The notes below the pieces were generated by a model, which worked only from the letters and a program-made list of their open reading frames with translations, was not told the DNA's origin and ran no database searches. Position numbers and translations under genes: made by a program. Below are positions 1 through 12,749 of a DNA stretch of 64,000 nucleotides, piece by piece. This DNA comes from Thiobacillaceae bacterium (GTDB lineage: Bacteria; Pseudomonadota; Gammaproteobacteria; Burkholderiales; Thiobacillaceae): contig JBKQNQ010000145.1 of assembly GCA_052145875.1 (NCBI GenBank), positions 1,925 to 65,924 on the forward strand, written 5' to 3'. Within the stretch, counting starts at the first letter, position 1. The number at the start of each line of letters is the position of its first letter.

Positions 1-449
1 GACCCGGAATGCTGCCCGAAAGTGAGGCTGTTCGCGTGCTTGGTAAACCGATCGAACGGGAACACAATCTTCTGGACTTGCTTTGCCGACCCGCAGTAAC
101 TTATCAGTCGCTGATGTCGCTCCCCGAAGTTGGCCAAGGATCGAGTGATCCACAGGTGGTTGAACAGGTGGAGATCCAGGCGAAATACCGAGGCTACATT
201 GACCGGCAGCGTGAAGAAGTCGAGAGGCAGCGTGAATTCGAAGACCTTAGGCTGCCACAAGACATTGATTACATTAAATTAATCAGCCTGTCGATGGAAG
301 TGCGGCAAAAACTGAATCGATTCAAGCCAGAGACGTTGGGCCAAGCATCGCGTATCTCCGGAGTCACGCCGGCAGCAATTTCAATTCTGATGATATACGC
401 CCGGCGTGGCTTTAAGGCCGATGGCACCCATACCAAAAGGCAGGCATGA
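1..449 (+). CDS. mnmG: tRNA uridine 5-carboxymethylaminomethyl modification enzyme MnmG (GidA), C-terminal fragment; the 5' end lies outside the window
   Basis: The frame is open to the window edge (codons phased from nt 3). The tail ...GQASRISGVTPAAISILMIY... is typical of MnmG. The stop overlaps the rsmG start (ATGA at 446-449), and the mnmG-rsmG-parA-parB order is canonical. Confidence 0.9.
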   Translation, partial: PGMLPESEAVRVLGKPIEREHNLLDLLCRPAVTYQSLMSLPEVGQGSSDPQVVEQVEIQAKYRGYIDRQREEVERQREFEDLRLPQDIDYIKLISLSMEVRQKLNRFKPETLGQASRISGVTPAAISILMIYARRGFKADGTHTKRQA

Positions 450-1087
450 CCCTGGCCGCGCGACTGGTCACGGGTTTGGGCGAGCTGGGGGCTGACCTGC
501 CTCAACCTGCCCAGCAAAAGTTGTTGGACTATCTGCAAGTGATGGCCAAATGGAACCGTGTCTACAACCTGACAGCGTTGAAGAGTCCCGGCGAATGGGT
601 AACACATCATGTCTTGGACAGTCTCGCGGTGCTTCCTTACGTGGAGGGGCCGACCGTGCTGGATGTGGGCAGCGGGGCGGGGTTGCCCGGATTGGTGTTG
701 GCAATTGCGCGTCCGGACTGGCATGCGGTGTCCGTGGAAACTGTGGACAAGAAAGCCGCCTTTCAGCGGCAAGTCGTGGTCGAATTGGGATTGACCAATG
801 TCGAGATTGCGGCCTGCCGGGTCGAGGAGCTGGTTCTGGCCGAAAAAGCGGATACGGTCGTATCAAGAGCGTTTTCAAGTTTGGCAGACTTTGTGCGTCT
901 AACCCGGCACCTGCTCAAACCAACGGGGCACTGGGTTGCGATGAAGGGGAAGATCCCCCACCAAGAAATCGCGGCCTTGCCAGGCGACGTGACGGTTCGC
1001 CAGCTGGTCGAATTGAGCGTGCCTGGGCTGCATGCCAAGCGGTGTGTGGTCCGGATTTCTCCCAGTGAAAAATCCGGCGGTGCCTAA
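446..1087 (+). CDS. rsmG: 16S rRNA (guanine527-N7)-methyltransferase RsmG (GidB)
   Basis: 213 aa with SAM-binding motif VLDVGSGAGLPGLVLA; conserved position between mnmG and parA. Confidence 0.92.
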   Translation: MTLAARLVTGLGELGADLPQPAQQKLLDYLQVMAKWNRVYNLTALKSPGEWVTHHVLDSLAVLPYVEGPTVLDVGSGAGLPGLVLAIARPDWHAVSVETVDKKAAFQRQVVVELGLTNVEIAACRVEELVLAEKADTVVSRAFSSLADFVRLTRHLLKPTGHWVAMKGKIPHQEIAALPGDVTVRQLVELSVPGLHAKRCVVRISPSEKSGGA

Positions 1088-1124
1088 CGCGAACGATCTG
1101 AGGCTCCATCAAGCAGAGATAGTC

Positions 1125-1916
1125 ATGAATAGAATTCTTGCAATTGCTAACCAGAAGGGCGGCGTTGGGAAAACCACGACCGCGGTCAATCTGGCCTGCG
1201 GGTTGGCCCAGCAGGGCCAACGCGTCCTGCTCGTTGACCTCGATCCCCAAGGCAATGCGACCATGGGCTCGGGAGTGGACAAGCGTACCGCGCTGCCGAC
1301 GGCCTATCAGGTGATCCTTGGCGAGGCGGACATTGCATCAAGCCGGCTGCGCTCGGAATCGGGTGGTTTTGATGTTGTCCCCGCGAATCGTGAACTTGCG
1401 GGAGGTGAGGTGGAGCTGGTTGATCTTGACCGCCGTGAGTTCCGTCTAAAGACCGAACTTCTCAAAGTTGCGGCGGAGTACGATTTCGTTCTCATTGACT
1501 GTGCCCCCACCCTTAATCTGTTGACGGTCAATGCGCTGGCTGCGGCGCACACTGTGCTCATTCCCATGCAGTGTGAATACTACGCGCTTGAGGGGTTGAC
1601 GGATTTGGTCGCGACCATCAAGAAAGTGAAGCAAAGACTCAATCCGCATATCGAAATAGAAGGCCTGTTGCGCGTAATGTACGACCCGCGCTCCTCGCTC
1701 GCTCAGCAAGTCGCGGCCGAGCTCAAGAGCCATTTCGGCGACAAAGTGTTTGACACCGTCATTCCGCGAAACATCAGATTGGCGGAAGCGCCAAGCCACG
1801 CGCTTCCCGGGATTGTATATGACCGCGCCAGCAAGGGCGCGCATGCTTATCTGCAACTGACAGACGAATTGCTTGCGCGCTACGGCATGACCGTTGCCGC
1901 AGCCAGCGCGAACTGA
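1125..1916 (+). CDS. parA: Chromosome partitioning ATPase ParA (Soj)
   Basis: Deviant Walker A KGGVGKTTT sits right after the start. Start placed at ATG 1125 (MNRILAIANQKGGVGKTT), not the longer track ORF at 1032. Confidence 0.93.
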   Translation: MNRILAIANQKGGVGKTTTAVNLACGLAQQGQRVLLVDLDPQGNATMGSGVDKRTALPTAYQVILGEADIASSRLRSESGGFDVVPANRELAGGEVELVDLDRREFRLKTELLKVAAEYDFVLIDCAPTLNLLTVNALAAAHTVLIPMQCEYYALEGLTDLVATIKKVKQRLNPHIEIEGLLRVMYDPRSSLAQQVAAELKSHFGDKVFDTVIPRNIRLAEAPSHALPGIVYDRASKGAHAYLQLTDELLARYGMTVAAASAN

Positions 1917-1927
1917 GAGGGAGATCC

Positions 1928-2782
1928 ATGGCAAGAATGAAAGGACTCGGCCGCGGCTTGGATGCATTGCTTGGCGGCGACACGCCGTCAGGCCAAGCGG
2001 TCAGTGAGCAGCGCACATTGCCGGTCTCCCAGCTTAAACCCGGCAAGTATCAGCCGCGTCGTCATCTCGACGAGACCGCGCTCGACGAACTGGCTGATTC
2101 GATTCGGGCCCAGGGCCTGATGCAACCGATTCTGGTACGCAAGTACGGCAGCGGGTTTGAAATAATCGCCGGCGAGCGTCGCTGGCGCGCGGCGCAGCGT
2201 GCAGGACTGCAGGAGGTGCCGGTCCTTGTCAAGGATGTGCCTGAGGAAGCCGTGGCCGCGATGGTGCTGATCGAAAACATGCAGCGCGAAGATCTCAATG
2301 CGATTGAGGAAGCACAGGGCTTGCAACGGCTGATACAGGACTTTGGCATGACCCATGATGCGGTGGCCCAATCGGTGGGCAAGTCACGAACGGCGGTCTC
2401 CAATTTGCTGCGCCTGCTCAATCTTTCTCGCCCGGTTCAGGACATGCTTGCGGCGGGGTTAATTGAGATGGGGCATGCGCGTGCCGTGCTGACGCTTGGG
2501 GCGGCACAACAAAAGGAGTTGGCGCATGAGATTGAGGAAAAAGGGCTCTCCGTTCGGGAGGTGGAGCGTCGCGTCTTGCGGCTGCGACAACTTCCCGAAA
2601 GTAAGCCCGCGAAAAAATCGGTGTCGCGCGACATTCGGCGATTGGAAGAGGCGGTCTCGGACCGTCTTGGTTTGGCTGCCCAGGTTCAGGTCAATGCCAA
2701 AGGGGCGGGCAAGCTGACCCTGAGTTTTTCCAGCCATGAACAGCTGCAGGGAGTGCTAGAGCAATTGGGAATCAGTCTGTAG
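1928..2782 (+). CDS. parB: Chromosome partitioning protein ParB (Spo0J)
   Basis: 284 aa with ParB-box GERRWRAA and an HTH region; GAGGGAG Shine-Dalgarno upstream; directly follows parA. Confidence 0.93.
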   Translation: MARMKGLGRGLDALLGGDTPSGQAVSEQRTLPVSQLKPGKYQPRRHLDETALDELADSIRAQGLMQPILVRKYGSGFEIIAGERRWRAAQRAGLQEVPVLVKDVPEEAVAAMVLIENMQREDLNAIEEAQGLQRLIQDFGMTHDAVAQSVGKSRTAVSNLLRLLNLSRPVQDMLAAGLIEMGHARAVLTLGAAQQKELAHEIEEKGLSVREVERRVLRLRQLPESKPAKKSVSRDIRRLEEAVSDRLGLAAQVQVNAKGAGKLTLSFSSHEQLQGVLEQLGISL

Positions 2783-2856
2783 AGCCGAATTCCCGGCGTC
2801 AAAATGGCTGCTTATATTTGCATCAGCAAATCTCATTGGGCTATCATAGCGCGCTA

Positions 2857-3207
2857 ATGTTTCGGCCTACTCTTCGCATTGCGGCGTTCCAGGGAGTGAT
2901 GATCGTTGTGGCGGGAGGGGCGGCGGGCGCGTTAGGGGGGGCACCAGCGGGCTGGTCGGCGGCGGCCGGGGCCTTGGCGGCGCTGCTCGGGACGCTGATT
3001 CTGACGCTGCGGGAAAAGCAGAGCGAACGGCATCTTGGCTGGAGCGCCGAGAGAAATCTGTTGCAGCTATATCGCTCAAGCGTTGAACGGTTTGTCCTGA
3101 TGGCCGTGGTGCTGGGGTTGCTTTTTGCGTACTCGGGGGCGGTTCCTGTCGCGGTACTGGCTGGCTTTTCCGTCGCACAGGCGGCATGGCTGTTAACGTT
3201 TCTGTAA
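2857..3207 (+). CDS. atpI: ATP synthase protein I-like small membrane protein
   Basis: Hydrophobic ~116-aa protein immediately upstream of atpB. Start set at ATG 2857 because the track start 2818 is a TTG. Assignment rests on position and hydrophobicity only. Confidence 0.6.
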   Translation: MFRPTLRIAAFQGVMIVVAGGAAGALGGAPAGWSAAAGALAALLGTLILTLREKQSERHLGWSAERNLLQLYRSSVERFVLMAVVLGLLFAYSGAVPVAVLAGFSVAQAAWLLTFL

Positions 3208-3262
3208 TGATGGCGTGGGATGTTTTGCCTGGGCGGTGCGCTGTCCATGCGAAACCTTCTAG

Positions 3263-4117
<855 letters not shown>

Positions 4118-4171
4118 TTTGGTTCGATTCGCACTTCACTTTACTTAATGCTGAAACTAAGGAGCAATTGA

Positions 4172-4411
<240 letters not shown>

Positions 4412-4491
4412 GAGATTAACTTTCGCCGCCTGTTGGGCGGCCAAGCAGATTGAGCGTCGCATCATGGCGTTCCTTCCGACAAGGTAATCAA

Positions 4492-4962
4492 ATGAACATC
4501 AATGCAACACTGATCGGCCAGTCCATCACATTCATGGTTTTTGTGTGGTTCTGCATGAAGATGATCTGGCCGCCCATCATGAACGCTCTGGAGACCCGCA
4601 AGAAGCTGATTGCGGACGGATTGGCCGCGGCCGACCGCGCCAAGCTGGACTTGGAGCTGGCGAAGAAGAAGGCGATCGAGAATCTGCACGATGCGCGGGC
4701 CCAAGCCGCGGAAATCATCGCCCAGGCTGAAAAGCGTGCCGCACAAATGGTTGAACAGGCAAAAATCGCCGCCAAGTCCGAAGGTGAGCGCCAGCTCGTG
4801 GCTGCAAAGGCTGAAATTGAGCAGGAAGTTAACCGCGCACGAGAATCCCTTCGCGAGCAGGTCGCGGGCTTGGCGGTCGCCGGAGCGGAACGGATTCTGC
4901 GTCGCGAAGTGAACGCCCAGACCCACGCGGATCTCATCAACCAGTTAAAGGCCGAGCTCTAA
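4492..4962 (+). CDS. atpF: F0 ATP synthase subunit b
   Basis: N-terminal TM helix then a long charged coiled coil. Start placed at ATG 4492 ([10 protein letters not shown]...). Confidence 0.9.
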   Translation: MNINATLIGQSITFMVFVWFCMKMIWPPIMNALETRKKLIADGLAAADRAKLDLELAKKKAIENLHDARAQAAEIIAQAEKRAAQMVEQAKIAAKSEGERQLVAAKAEIEQEVNRARESLREQVAGLAVAGAERILRREVNAQTHADLINQLKAEL

Positions 4963-4965
4963 GCA

Positions 4966-5502
4966 ATGGCCGAGCTCTCAACGCTAGCCCGCCCCTATGC
5001 TGAAGCCGCATTCCGCGTGGCAACCCTCGCGGGTGAATTGAATGCCTGGTCTGACCGCTTGAGCGTTGCAACTCAGGTGGTGATTGATCCACAGATGCGT
5101 GCGCTCATCGTCGATCCCAATCTCTCGGCGGATCGGGTATCAGATGTGATTATTTCCGTATTGGGTGAGCGCGTCGGGAGTCCCGGCGCGAACTTCATCA
5201 CGGTGCTCGCGGCAAGCGACCGGCTAATCCTTCTGCCGGAGATCAAGACCCAGTTCGAAGCACTTAGGGCTGCTGCAGAGGGCGTGCTGGAGGCGCACAT
5301 CACCAGCGCGCGGGAATTAAGTGAGAGTCAGGTGAAGGACTTGGGGAGTGCACTGAAGGCGAAATATGGCCGGGATGTGCAGGTGTCCATAAGTGTGGAC
5401 GGTGACTTGATTGGCGGTGTTGTGGTGGCGATTGGCGACCGGGTAATAGATGGTTCCGTTCGGGGCCGCCTGGAAAGAATGGCTTTTAGCCTTAAGGCTT
5501 GA
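4966..5502 (+). CDS. atpH: F1 ATP synthase subunit delta
   Basis: 178 aa, OSCP/delta-like sequence, in the canonical operon position. Confidence 0.9.
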   Translation: MAELSTLARPYAEAAFRVATLAGELNAWSDRLSVATQVVIDPQMRALIVDPNLSADRVSDVIISVLGERVGSPGANFITVLAASDRLILLPEIKTQFEALRAAAEGVLEAHITSARELSESQVKDLGSALKAKYGRDVQVSISVDGDLIGGVVVAIGDRVIDGSVRGRLERMAFSLKA

Positions 5503-5540
5503 GTTTAATCAATTAGGGACCGACCCAGTCGGAGACAAGC

Positions 5541-7082
5541 ATGCAACTGAATCCAAGCGAAATCAGCGAACTGATTAGAGCCAAGATCGAGAACCTATCA
5601 TCGGGGGCCGAATTGCGCACCCAAGGTACGATCGTGTCCGTGACCGACGGAATCGTCCGCATTCATGGACTATCCGACGTGATGGCCGGGGAGATGATCG
5701 AATTGCCCAATAACACTTTCGGCCTAGCACTTAACCTGGAGCGCGATTCTGTCGGTGCCGTGGTGTTAGGCGACTATGAAGAGATCCGGGAAGGCGACAT
5801 CGCCAAGTGCACCGGGCGCATTCTGGAAGTGCCTGTCGGCACGGAATTGCTTGGTCGTGTGGTCAACTCCCTGGGGCAGTCGATAGATGGCAAGGGACCC
5901 GTTTCCGCACCGCTTTCGTCCCCGATCGAGAAAATCGCCCCCGGTGTGATTGCGCGCCAGTCGGTGAACCAGCCGGTGCAAACCGGCCTGAAGTCAATCG
6001 ACTCGATGGTCCCAATCGGCCGTGGCCAGCGTGAACTGATCATTGGTGACCGTCAAACTGGCAAGACGGCCGTCGCGATCGATGCGATCATCAACCAGAA
6101 GGGTAAGGGCATCTACTGCATCTATGTTGCCGTCGGCCAGAAGGCTTCATCCATCGCCAACGTGGTGCGCAAGCTGGAAGAGCATGGGGCGATGGAGTAC
6201 ACGATCATTGTCGCCGCTACCGCGTCCGACTCTGCAGCGATGCAGTATATCGCGCCCTATTCCGGCTGCACCATGGGCGAATATTTTCGTGATAATGGCA
6301 TGGATGCGCTGATCATTTATGACGATCTGACGAAGCAAGCGTGGGCGTATCGCCAGGTGTCACTCTTGCTGCGCCGGCCTCCGGGTCGCGAAGCTTATCC
6401 AGGTGACGTGTTCTACCTGCACTCCCGTCTGCTCGAGCGCGCCGCGCGGATTAGCGCGGACGAAGTGGCCAAACGCACGGGCGGTGCGGTAACGGGCAGG
6501 ACGGGCTCGCTGACGGCGTTGCCTATCATTGAAACCCAGGCGGGAGACGTGTCGGCCTTCGTGCCCACCAACGTCATTTCAATTACCGACGGCCAGATCT
6601 TCCTTGAAACTGACCTGTTCAACGCCGGTATTCGTCCTGCAATCAACGCCGGTCTATCGGTATCGCGTGTGGGTGGCGCAGCCCAGACCAAGGTGATCAA
6701 GAAGCTGGGGGGAGGTATTCGCTTGGCGCTTGCGCAGTATCGCGAACTCGCGGCCTTCGCCCAGTTCGCGTCCGACTTGGACGAAGCGACGCGCAAGCAG
6801 TTGGAGCGCGGCAAGATTGTGACCGAACTGATGAAACAGCCACAATATTCCCCCATGAGCGTCGCAGAAATGGCGTTGAGCCTCTTCGCCGTAAACAGCG
6901 GCTATCTGGATGGACTGGATGTGAAGAAGGTGCTGCCCTTTGAATCCGCGTTACAGTCGTACATCAAGGACAAGCACTCGGATCTGCTCGAGGCGATTAA
7001 CGCCTCTGGTGAGATGACGGGTGACCAGGAAGGCGCACTCAAGGGTGCAATTGAGCTGTTCAAGCAGACTGCGGTTTATTGA
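5541..7082 (+). CDS. atpA: F1 ATP synthase subunit alpha
   Basis: 513 aa; Walker [10 protein letters not shown]; highly conserved alpha-subunit sequence throughout. Confidence 0.98.
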   Translation: MQLNPSEISELIRAKIENLSSGAELRTQGTIVSVTDGIVRIHGLSDVMAGEMIELPNNTFGLALNLERDSVGAVVLGDYEEIREGDIAKCTGRILEVPVGTELLGRVVNSLGQSIDGKGPVSAPLSSPIEKIAPGVIARQSVNQPVQTGLKSIDSMVPIGRGQRELIIGDRQTGKTAVAIDAIINQKGKGIYCIYVAVGQKASSIANVVRKLEEHGAMEYTIIVAATASDSAAMQYIAPYSGCTMGEYFRDNGMDALIIYDDLTKQAWAYRQVSLLLRRPPGREAYPGDVFYLHSRLLERAARISADEVAKRTGGAVTGRTGSLTALPIIETQAGDVSAFVPTNVISITDGQIFLETDLFNAGIRPAINAGLSVSRVGGAAQTKVIKKLGGGIRLALAQYRELAAFAQFASDLDEATRKQLERGKIVTELMKQPQYSPMSVAEMALSLFAVNSGYLDGLDVKKVLPFESALQSYIKDKHSDLLEAINASGEMTGDQEGALKGAIELFKQTAVY

Positions 7083-7097
7083 TCGGGAGCACCAGTA

Positions 7098-7970
7098 ATG
7101 GCCGCAGGCAAGGAAATAAGGACCAAGATCAAGAGCGTCGAAAACACGCGCAAGATCACCAAAGCCATGGAAATGGTGGCGGCATCAAAAATGCGCAGGG
7201 CGCAGGAGCGGATGAAGCACGCCCGTCCGTATGCGGAGAAAATCGCCACTGTGGCGACCCACTTGGCATATGCCCATCCCGAATACAAACATCCGTTTAC
7301 GGTGCGCCGTGAAACGATCAAGCGTGTCGGCCTGATCGTTGTAACTTCCGACAAGGGCCTGTGCGGCGGTTTAAACACCAACTTGCTGCGCTTGGTGGTG
7401 AACCAGATGAAGGCCTGGGACGGCCAAGGCCTACAAATCGATGTCACCGCATTCGGGACCAAGGGTCTCGGATTCTTCCAGCGCATGAGCGCAAGTGTTG
7501 TGTCCCACCTGACTGCACTTGGAGATACCCCGCACTCGGAAAGGCTTATTGGGCCCGTGAAAGTGATGCTCGACGCCTATGTGGACGGCCGCATCGATGC
7601 ACTTCATCTCGCATACAACAGATTCGTAAATACCATGAAGCAAGAACCGGTGCTGCGCCAATTGCTGCCACTGCAGCAGGTCCCAGGCGATGAGGCGGAA
7701 CGGTTGCTGCACCACTGGGATTACATCTACGAACCGGATGCCAAGCCTGTGGTGGATGGACTGCTCACCCGGTATGTGGAATCGCTCGTGTACCAGGCGG
7801 TGGTCGAAAACGTGGCTTGTGAACAGTCCGCGCGCATGGTGGCGATGAAAGCTGCATCGGACAACGCCCAAAACGTCATCGGCGAATTAAAGCTGATTTA
7901 CAACAAGACTCGCCAGGCTGCAATTACTAAAGAACTCAGCGAGATTGTCGCCGGTGCGGCGGCAGTTTAA
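7098..7970 (+). CDS. atpG: F1 ATP synthase subunit gamma
   Basis: 290 aa with conserved N-terminus ([29 protein letters not shown]) and C-terminus ([15 protein letters not shown]). Confidence 0.97.
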   Translation: MAAGKEIRTKIKSVENTRKITKAMEMVAASKMRRAQERMKHARPYAEKIATVATHLAYAHPEYKHPFTVRRETIKRVGLIVVTSDKGLCGGLNTNLLRLVVNQMKAWDGQGLQIDVTAFGTKGLGFFQRMSASVVSHLTALGDTPHSERLIGPVKVMLDAYVDGRIDALHLAYNRFVNTMKQEPVLRQLLPLQQVPGDEAERLLHHWDYIYEPDAKPVVDGLLTRYVESLVYQAVVENVACEQSARMVAMKAASDNAQNVIGELKLIYNKTRQAAITKELSEIVAGAAAV

Positions 7971-7998
7971 CCGGTTAACGGAATCTAATTTTGCGTAG

Positions 7999-9387
<1,389 letters not shown>

Positions 9388-9399
9388 AGGTTAGGCCCA

Positions 9400-9822
9400 A
9401 TGGCAATGACACTTCATGTAGACATAGTCAGTGCGGAAGGCTCGCTCTTCTCAGGGACCGCTGATTTTGTTTCGGTCCCCGGAGAGATGGGTGAGCTCGG
9501 CATCTATCCGCGTCACGCACCGCTGCTCGCTCGGATCAAACCGGGTACGGTCCATATCAAGCGGGCCAACTCGGCGGGTGAAGAAGTGATCTATGTCTCG
9601 GGGGGCCTGCTGGAAATTCAACCCTTTGTGATTACGATCTTGTCTGATATTGCAATTCGCGGCCAAGATCTTGACGAAACGAAGGCGCTGGAAGCAAAAC
9701 GCGCGGCAGAGGAAGCGATGAAGGTTCGATCGGCTGCAATGGACTATGCTAAGGCCCAGGTTGAACTTGCTGAAGCAGTTGCGCAGCTGGCTGCGATACA
9801 AAGGCTCCGCAAACGCACTTGA
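9400..9822 (+). CDS. atpC: F1 ATP synthase subunit epsilon
   Basis: 140 aa; the last gene of the operon with a typical epsilon sequence. Confidence 0.95.
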   Translation: MAMTLHVDIVSAEGSLFSGTADFVSVPGEMGELGIYPRHAPLLARIKPGTVHIKRANSAGEEVIYVSGGLLEIQPFVITILSDIAIRGQDLDETKALEAKRAAEEAMKVRSAAMDYAKAQVELAEAVAQLAAIQRLRKRT

Positions 9823-10192
9823 CCGCTGATCTGGTCCGATCGCCCCCTGCGTAGCTGGAACGGAATAGCGCAACGGCGTGACCCTCAGGTGCTGCTTGAT
9901 GATTCCGGCGAACGCGGGCGTCGCATGAGGCGCGGCTGTATGCGGGACCATGCGGTGCACTGCGCCCGCATCAGGGATATCGGCATACCTCGATCGGGTG
10001 CCGGATTCCCCGCGGCGATTCTGCATTCAGGCCAACGAAGTGCACCAAGGGAATGCGAACTGTTAAAACCGGCTTTCGGCGGTTGGGCTCAGCAACTTGC
10101 GTGTTCCCAATTTCCAAATCGGGCTCTCGACCTTGGCCGTGCTATCGGCAGCCGCTTTATAATGACGGCCACTGACAAAGTAGGAGCGCAAC

Positions 10193-10465
10193 ATGACCCG
10201 CATGGTTAAATGTATTAAATTGGGCAGGGAGGCTGAAGGCTTAGCCGTTGCCCCGATGCCAGGTGACCTCGGCAAACGGATCTTTGAGAATGTGTCGCAG
10301 GAAGCATGGGCCGGTTGGCAGCGTCACCAGACCATGTTGATCAACGAAAATCGGCTCAACCTCGCTGATCCGCAAGCGCGTAAATACCTCGTAACGCAGA
10401 TGGAGGCATACTTCTTCGGGGAGGGCGCAGATCGGCCTGCCGGGTACGTCCCACCCAGCAAGTAG
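10193..10465 (+). CDS. yggX: Fe(2+)-trafficking protein YggX
   Basis: 90 aa, alignable by eye to E. coli YggX ([33 protein letters not shown]). AGGAG Shine-Dalgarno 6 nt upstream. Confidence 0.9.
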   Translation: MTRMVKCIKLGREAEGLAVAPMPGDLGKRIFENVSQEAWAGWQRHQTMLINENRLNLADPQARKYLVTQMEAYFFGEGADRPAGYVPPSK

Positions 10466-10587
10466 GTCAACATGCGGGGAAGAGAGCCGGCCAAGCCGTG
10501 GCCCGGGCTGCGGTAACCCGCAGATGCTAAATCCAGGGGAGCCGGTGGCCACCCGGATTCCCGGAAGTTCTGGTGTTGCCTATTTGA

Positions 10588-10611
10588 TGCGTCACTTACC
10601 CACGTGACGCA
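10588..10611. repeat. Perfect 8-bp inverted repeat TGCGTCAC-N8-GTGACGCA in the long yggX-HiPIP spacer; function unknown
   Basis: Read directly from the sequence. No flanking T-run, so it is not a canonical terminator. Confidence 0.9.
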
Positions 10612-10941
10612 CTGAAAAACCCCGTTGCGATATCCCCAGCCAAGGTGGTGTTGTGCTACGGTGAGGGACATGAGCACCCGATTGGGCATCCGCTTTCTCC
10701 GAACGGACCGTCACGCCGTACTGGTGGTAAAGGGGCGAGGACGGGTGCCGGCAGACCCTCACGACCGAGACGCGCCGAACGGGTATCGCGCCCCACATTT
10801 TGCCCTCGAAGGAGAACTGAGACGCGGGGCAGGACATTTCATCGCTGCGGCCTGGCGCAGACTGCAGATCGCACGGGGTGCAGGGGTCAGCTGTCAGGCG
10901 CATGCCACGCGCTGGGTCGTCGTTCAAACGGCAGCCCGCCG

Positions 10942-11232
10942 ATGACCGCGATAAAGACAAACCCTAACCGGCGCACGCTACTAAAGATAGTTAGCCTCGC
11001 CGCGGCGTCGGCGCCGCTGGTCGCGCTGAGCATTCGGGCGAAGGCGACAACGAATCCCGAGGTGCGCGCACGGTTACAGTATCAGGATATCCCGAAGGAC
11101 AGCATGATGTGCAGCAATTGCCTGGAGTTTCGCCCCGGTAAGACCGACCACGACCTTGGCAGTTGCAACAAGATTCCCGGGGACAATGAAATTTCCCCGA
11201 ACGGCTATTGCACGGCCTGGAATACCATGTGA
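10942..11232 (+). CDS. High-potential iron-sulfur protein (HiPIP) with Tat signal peptide
   Basis: 96 aa with twin-arginine signal NRRTLLKIVSLAAASAP. Four-Cys pattern C-x2-C...C...C-x-x-W (CSNC...SC...YCTAW) is typical of HiPIP. Start chosen at ATG 10942 inside the longer track ORF; no obvious Shine-Dalgarno. Confidence 0.85.
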   Translation: MTAIKTNPNRRTLLKIVSLAAASAPLVALSIRAKATTNPEVRARLQYQDIPKDSMMCSNCLEFRPGKTDHDLGSCNKIPGDNEISPNGYCTAWNTM

Positions 11233-11548
11233 GTGTGCTGCGCGGACATGCCGCTCTGACGCGAGTTTCGCGCCCTGCCGGGTCGATTGCCCAAGCCAGC
11301 AGCGATCGAGGCAGGAGTGGAGTAAGGGTGCCATGAAAGCGGCCGGGTGTGGCCCATCTGGGATGCCAGACCGGGGATGGCCACACCCTAACACCCCGTC
11401 CTCCATCCGTTCAAGGCGCCGCTGAGACGCTCAGAACTTTGGTCCGAAATCCGCAATGCCGACCAGGTTAGCATGCGACCCCATTTTGTGCTCGCATTAA
11501 CCTGCTACGTCGATGTAGCGCGGTGCAATTCTTCTCTTGCAAGGACCA

Positions 11549-12250
11549 TTACCGCAGCTCCTTTTCCACTTCCTCCAGGGAGGTGTGGCGAACATCCTTG
11601 CCCTTGACCATGTACACCACATATTCCGACATGTTCTTCGCGTGGTCACCCATTCGTTCAATGGCCTTCGCCACGAACAGGATATCGATAAAGACGGAAA
11701 TAGTGCGCGGGTCTTCCATCATGAAGGTAATAAGGTGCCGTAAATTCAATCGAAATTCCTCGTCAACCTGGTCGTCTTGGCGCATGACGTCAGCCGCGTT
11801 GCTGGCATCCAACCGCGCGAAACCGTCCAGTGCCTTCTTGAGCATCTCGAGCACCAGTCCGACCATGTATTTCACTTCATTGAAGCGAGGGAGGGAAATG
11901 CGTTCAGAGGCGTGAATATGCTTAGCCATGCGCGCGACCTTGGCGGCCTCGTCACCGATGCGCTCCAGGTCGGTGATGGTCTTCACTACCATCATCAGCA
12001 TGCGCAAATCGGAAGCGGTCGGCTGGCGGCGGGCAATGATGTGAGCGACGTCCTCATCGATCGACACTTCGAGGGCATTCACGTTGTGATCATGGTTGAT
12101 GACATCATCGGCAAGCGTAAGATTGCCGGTGGTCAGGGCTTCGATAGCACGAGTGATCTGTTCCTCAACCAGTCCGCCCATTTTGAGCACGCTGGAGCGA
12201 ACGCTTTCCAGTTCTGCGTCGAATTGCCGGTAAGTATGTTCAGCGGGCAT
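11549..12250 (-). CDS. phoU: Phosphate signalling complex protein PhoU
   Basis: 233 aa with two PhoU repeats (E/DxxxD motifs); AGGAGAA Shine-Dalgarno upstream. No pst genes adjacent. Confidence 0.92.
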   Translation of the reverse strand: MPAEHTYRQFDAELESVRSSVLKMGGLVEEQITRAIEALTTGNLTLADDVINHDHNVNALEVSIDEDVAHIIARRQPTASDLRMLMMVVKTITDLERIGDEAAKVARMAKHIHASERISLPRFNEVKYMVGLVLEMLKKALDGFARLDASNAADVMRQDDQVDEEFRLNLRHLITFMMEDPRTISVFIDILFVAKAIERMGDHAKNMSEYVVYMVKGKDVRHTSLEEVEKELR

Positions 12251-12323
12251 AAACTTCTCCTAATGCAACAAAGTATAGCCTCGACCTAAGCGGGGCAGGT
12301 GACAAAGACATTACGGCCATAAC

Positions 12324-12749
12324 CTAACGGGCCTGAAACTCCACGCGGTAGCTCGTGGCGTCGAGCGTGAAAACGGCGGTCCAATCCGAGCGGGCTTGGC
12401 TACACACCGGGAGCATCATGGACTCGGCTCGGAACTCTCCACCCCGCGTGGCTTTGAAATCGTAACGGTTGAAGCCCATGTCCATTCCACCCATTTGAAA
12501 CCGCGCTGCAACGCGCGCGGCGGCTGGCGCGTGAAGCTCGATGGAAAAGGGTGTCATTGGCCTTGGCACGGCAGAAAATCGAAGTTGCGATGGTTGTCCG
12601 TTATACACAAAATTACACCCCGTCACCACGTCCTTGCAGTCGATTGCTTGAATCGCGTCGAGCTTCGGTTCGCGCTGTCTAGCCCAAAAAGCGAGTCCGC
12701 CGAGCGCGAAAATAATAAGCACTGGCGTCAACCAAGGCTTCACCTCCAC
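12324..12749 (-). CDS. Hypothetical membrane-anchored protein
   Basis: 141 aa with an N-terminal TM helix and a probable periplasmic beta-rich domain. GTG start overlaps the upstream Nudix gene end by 10 nt. No family recognised with certainty. Confidence 0.5.
   Translation of the reverse strand: MEVKPWLTPVLIIFALGGLAFWARQREPKLDAIQAIDCKDVVTGCNFVYNGQPSQLRFSAVPRPMTPFSIELHAPAAARVAARFQMGGMDMGFNRYDFKATRGGEFRAESMMLPVCSQARSDWTAVFTLDATSYRVEFQAR

Noticed and set aside
2818-2847. Candidate atp operon promoter TTGCAT-18 nt-TATCAT.
   Set aside because: The weak -35 matches only 3 of 6 positions. The predicted transcription start would fall only about 3 nt before the chosen atpI ATG. Not supportable without data.
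1-2860. oriC, DnaA boxes or parS near mnmG-rsmG-parAB.
   Set aside because: I saw no cluster of TTATCCACA-like boxes, no AT-rich unwinding element and no TGTTTCACGTGAAACA-type parS site in the short intergenic gaps here. oriC is presumably outside the window.
9823-10192. 370-nt gap after atpC considered for a hidden gene or RNA.
   Set aside because: Only shadow-type ORFs are present. No terminator or recognisable RNA motif was found beyond a TATAAT-like hexamer (10158-10163) and the yggX Shine-Dalgarno. There is nothing specific enough to report.
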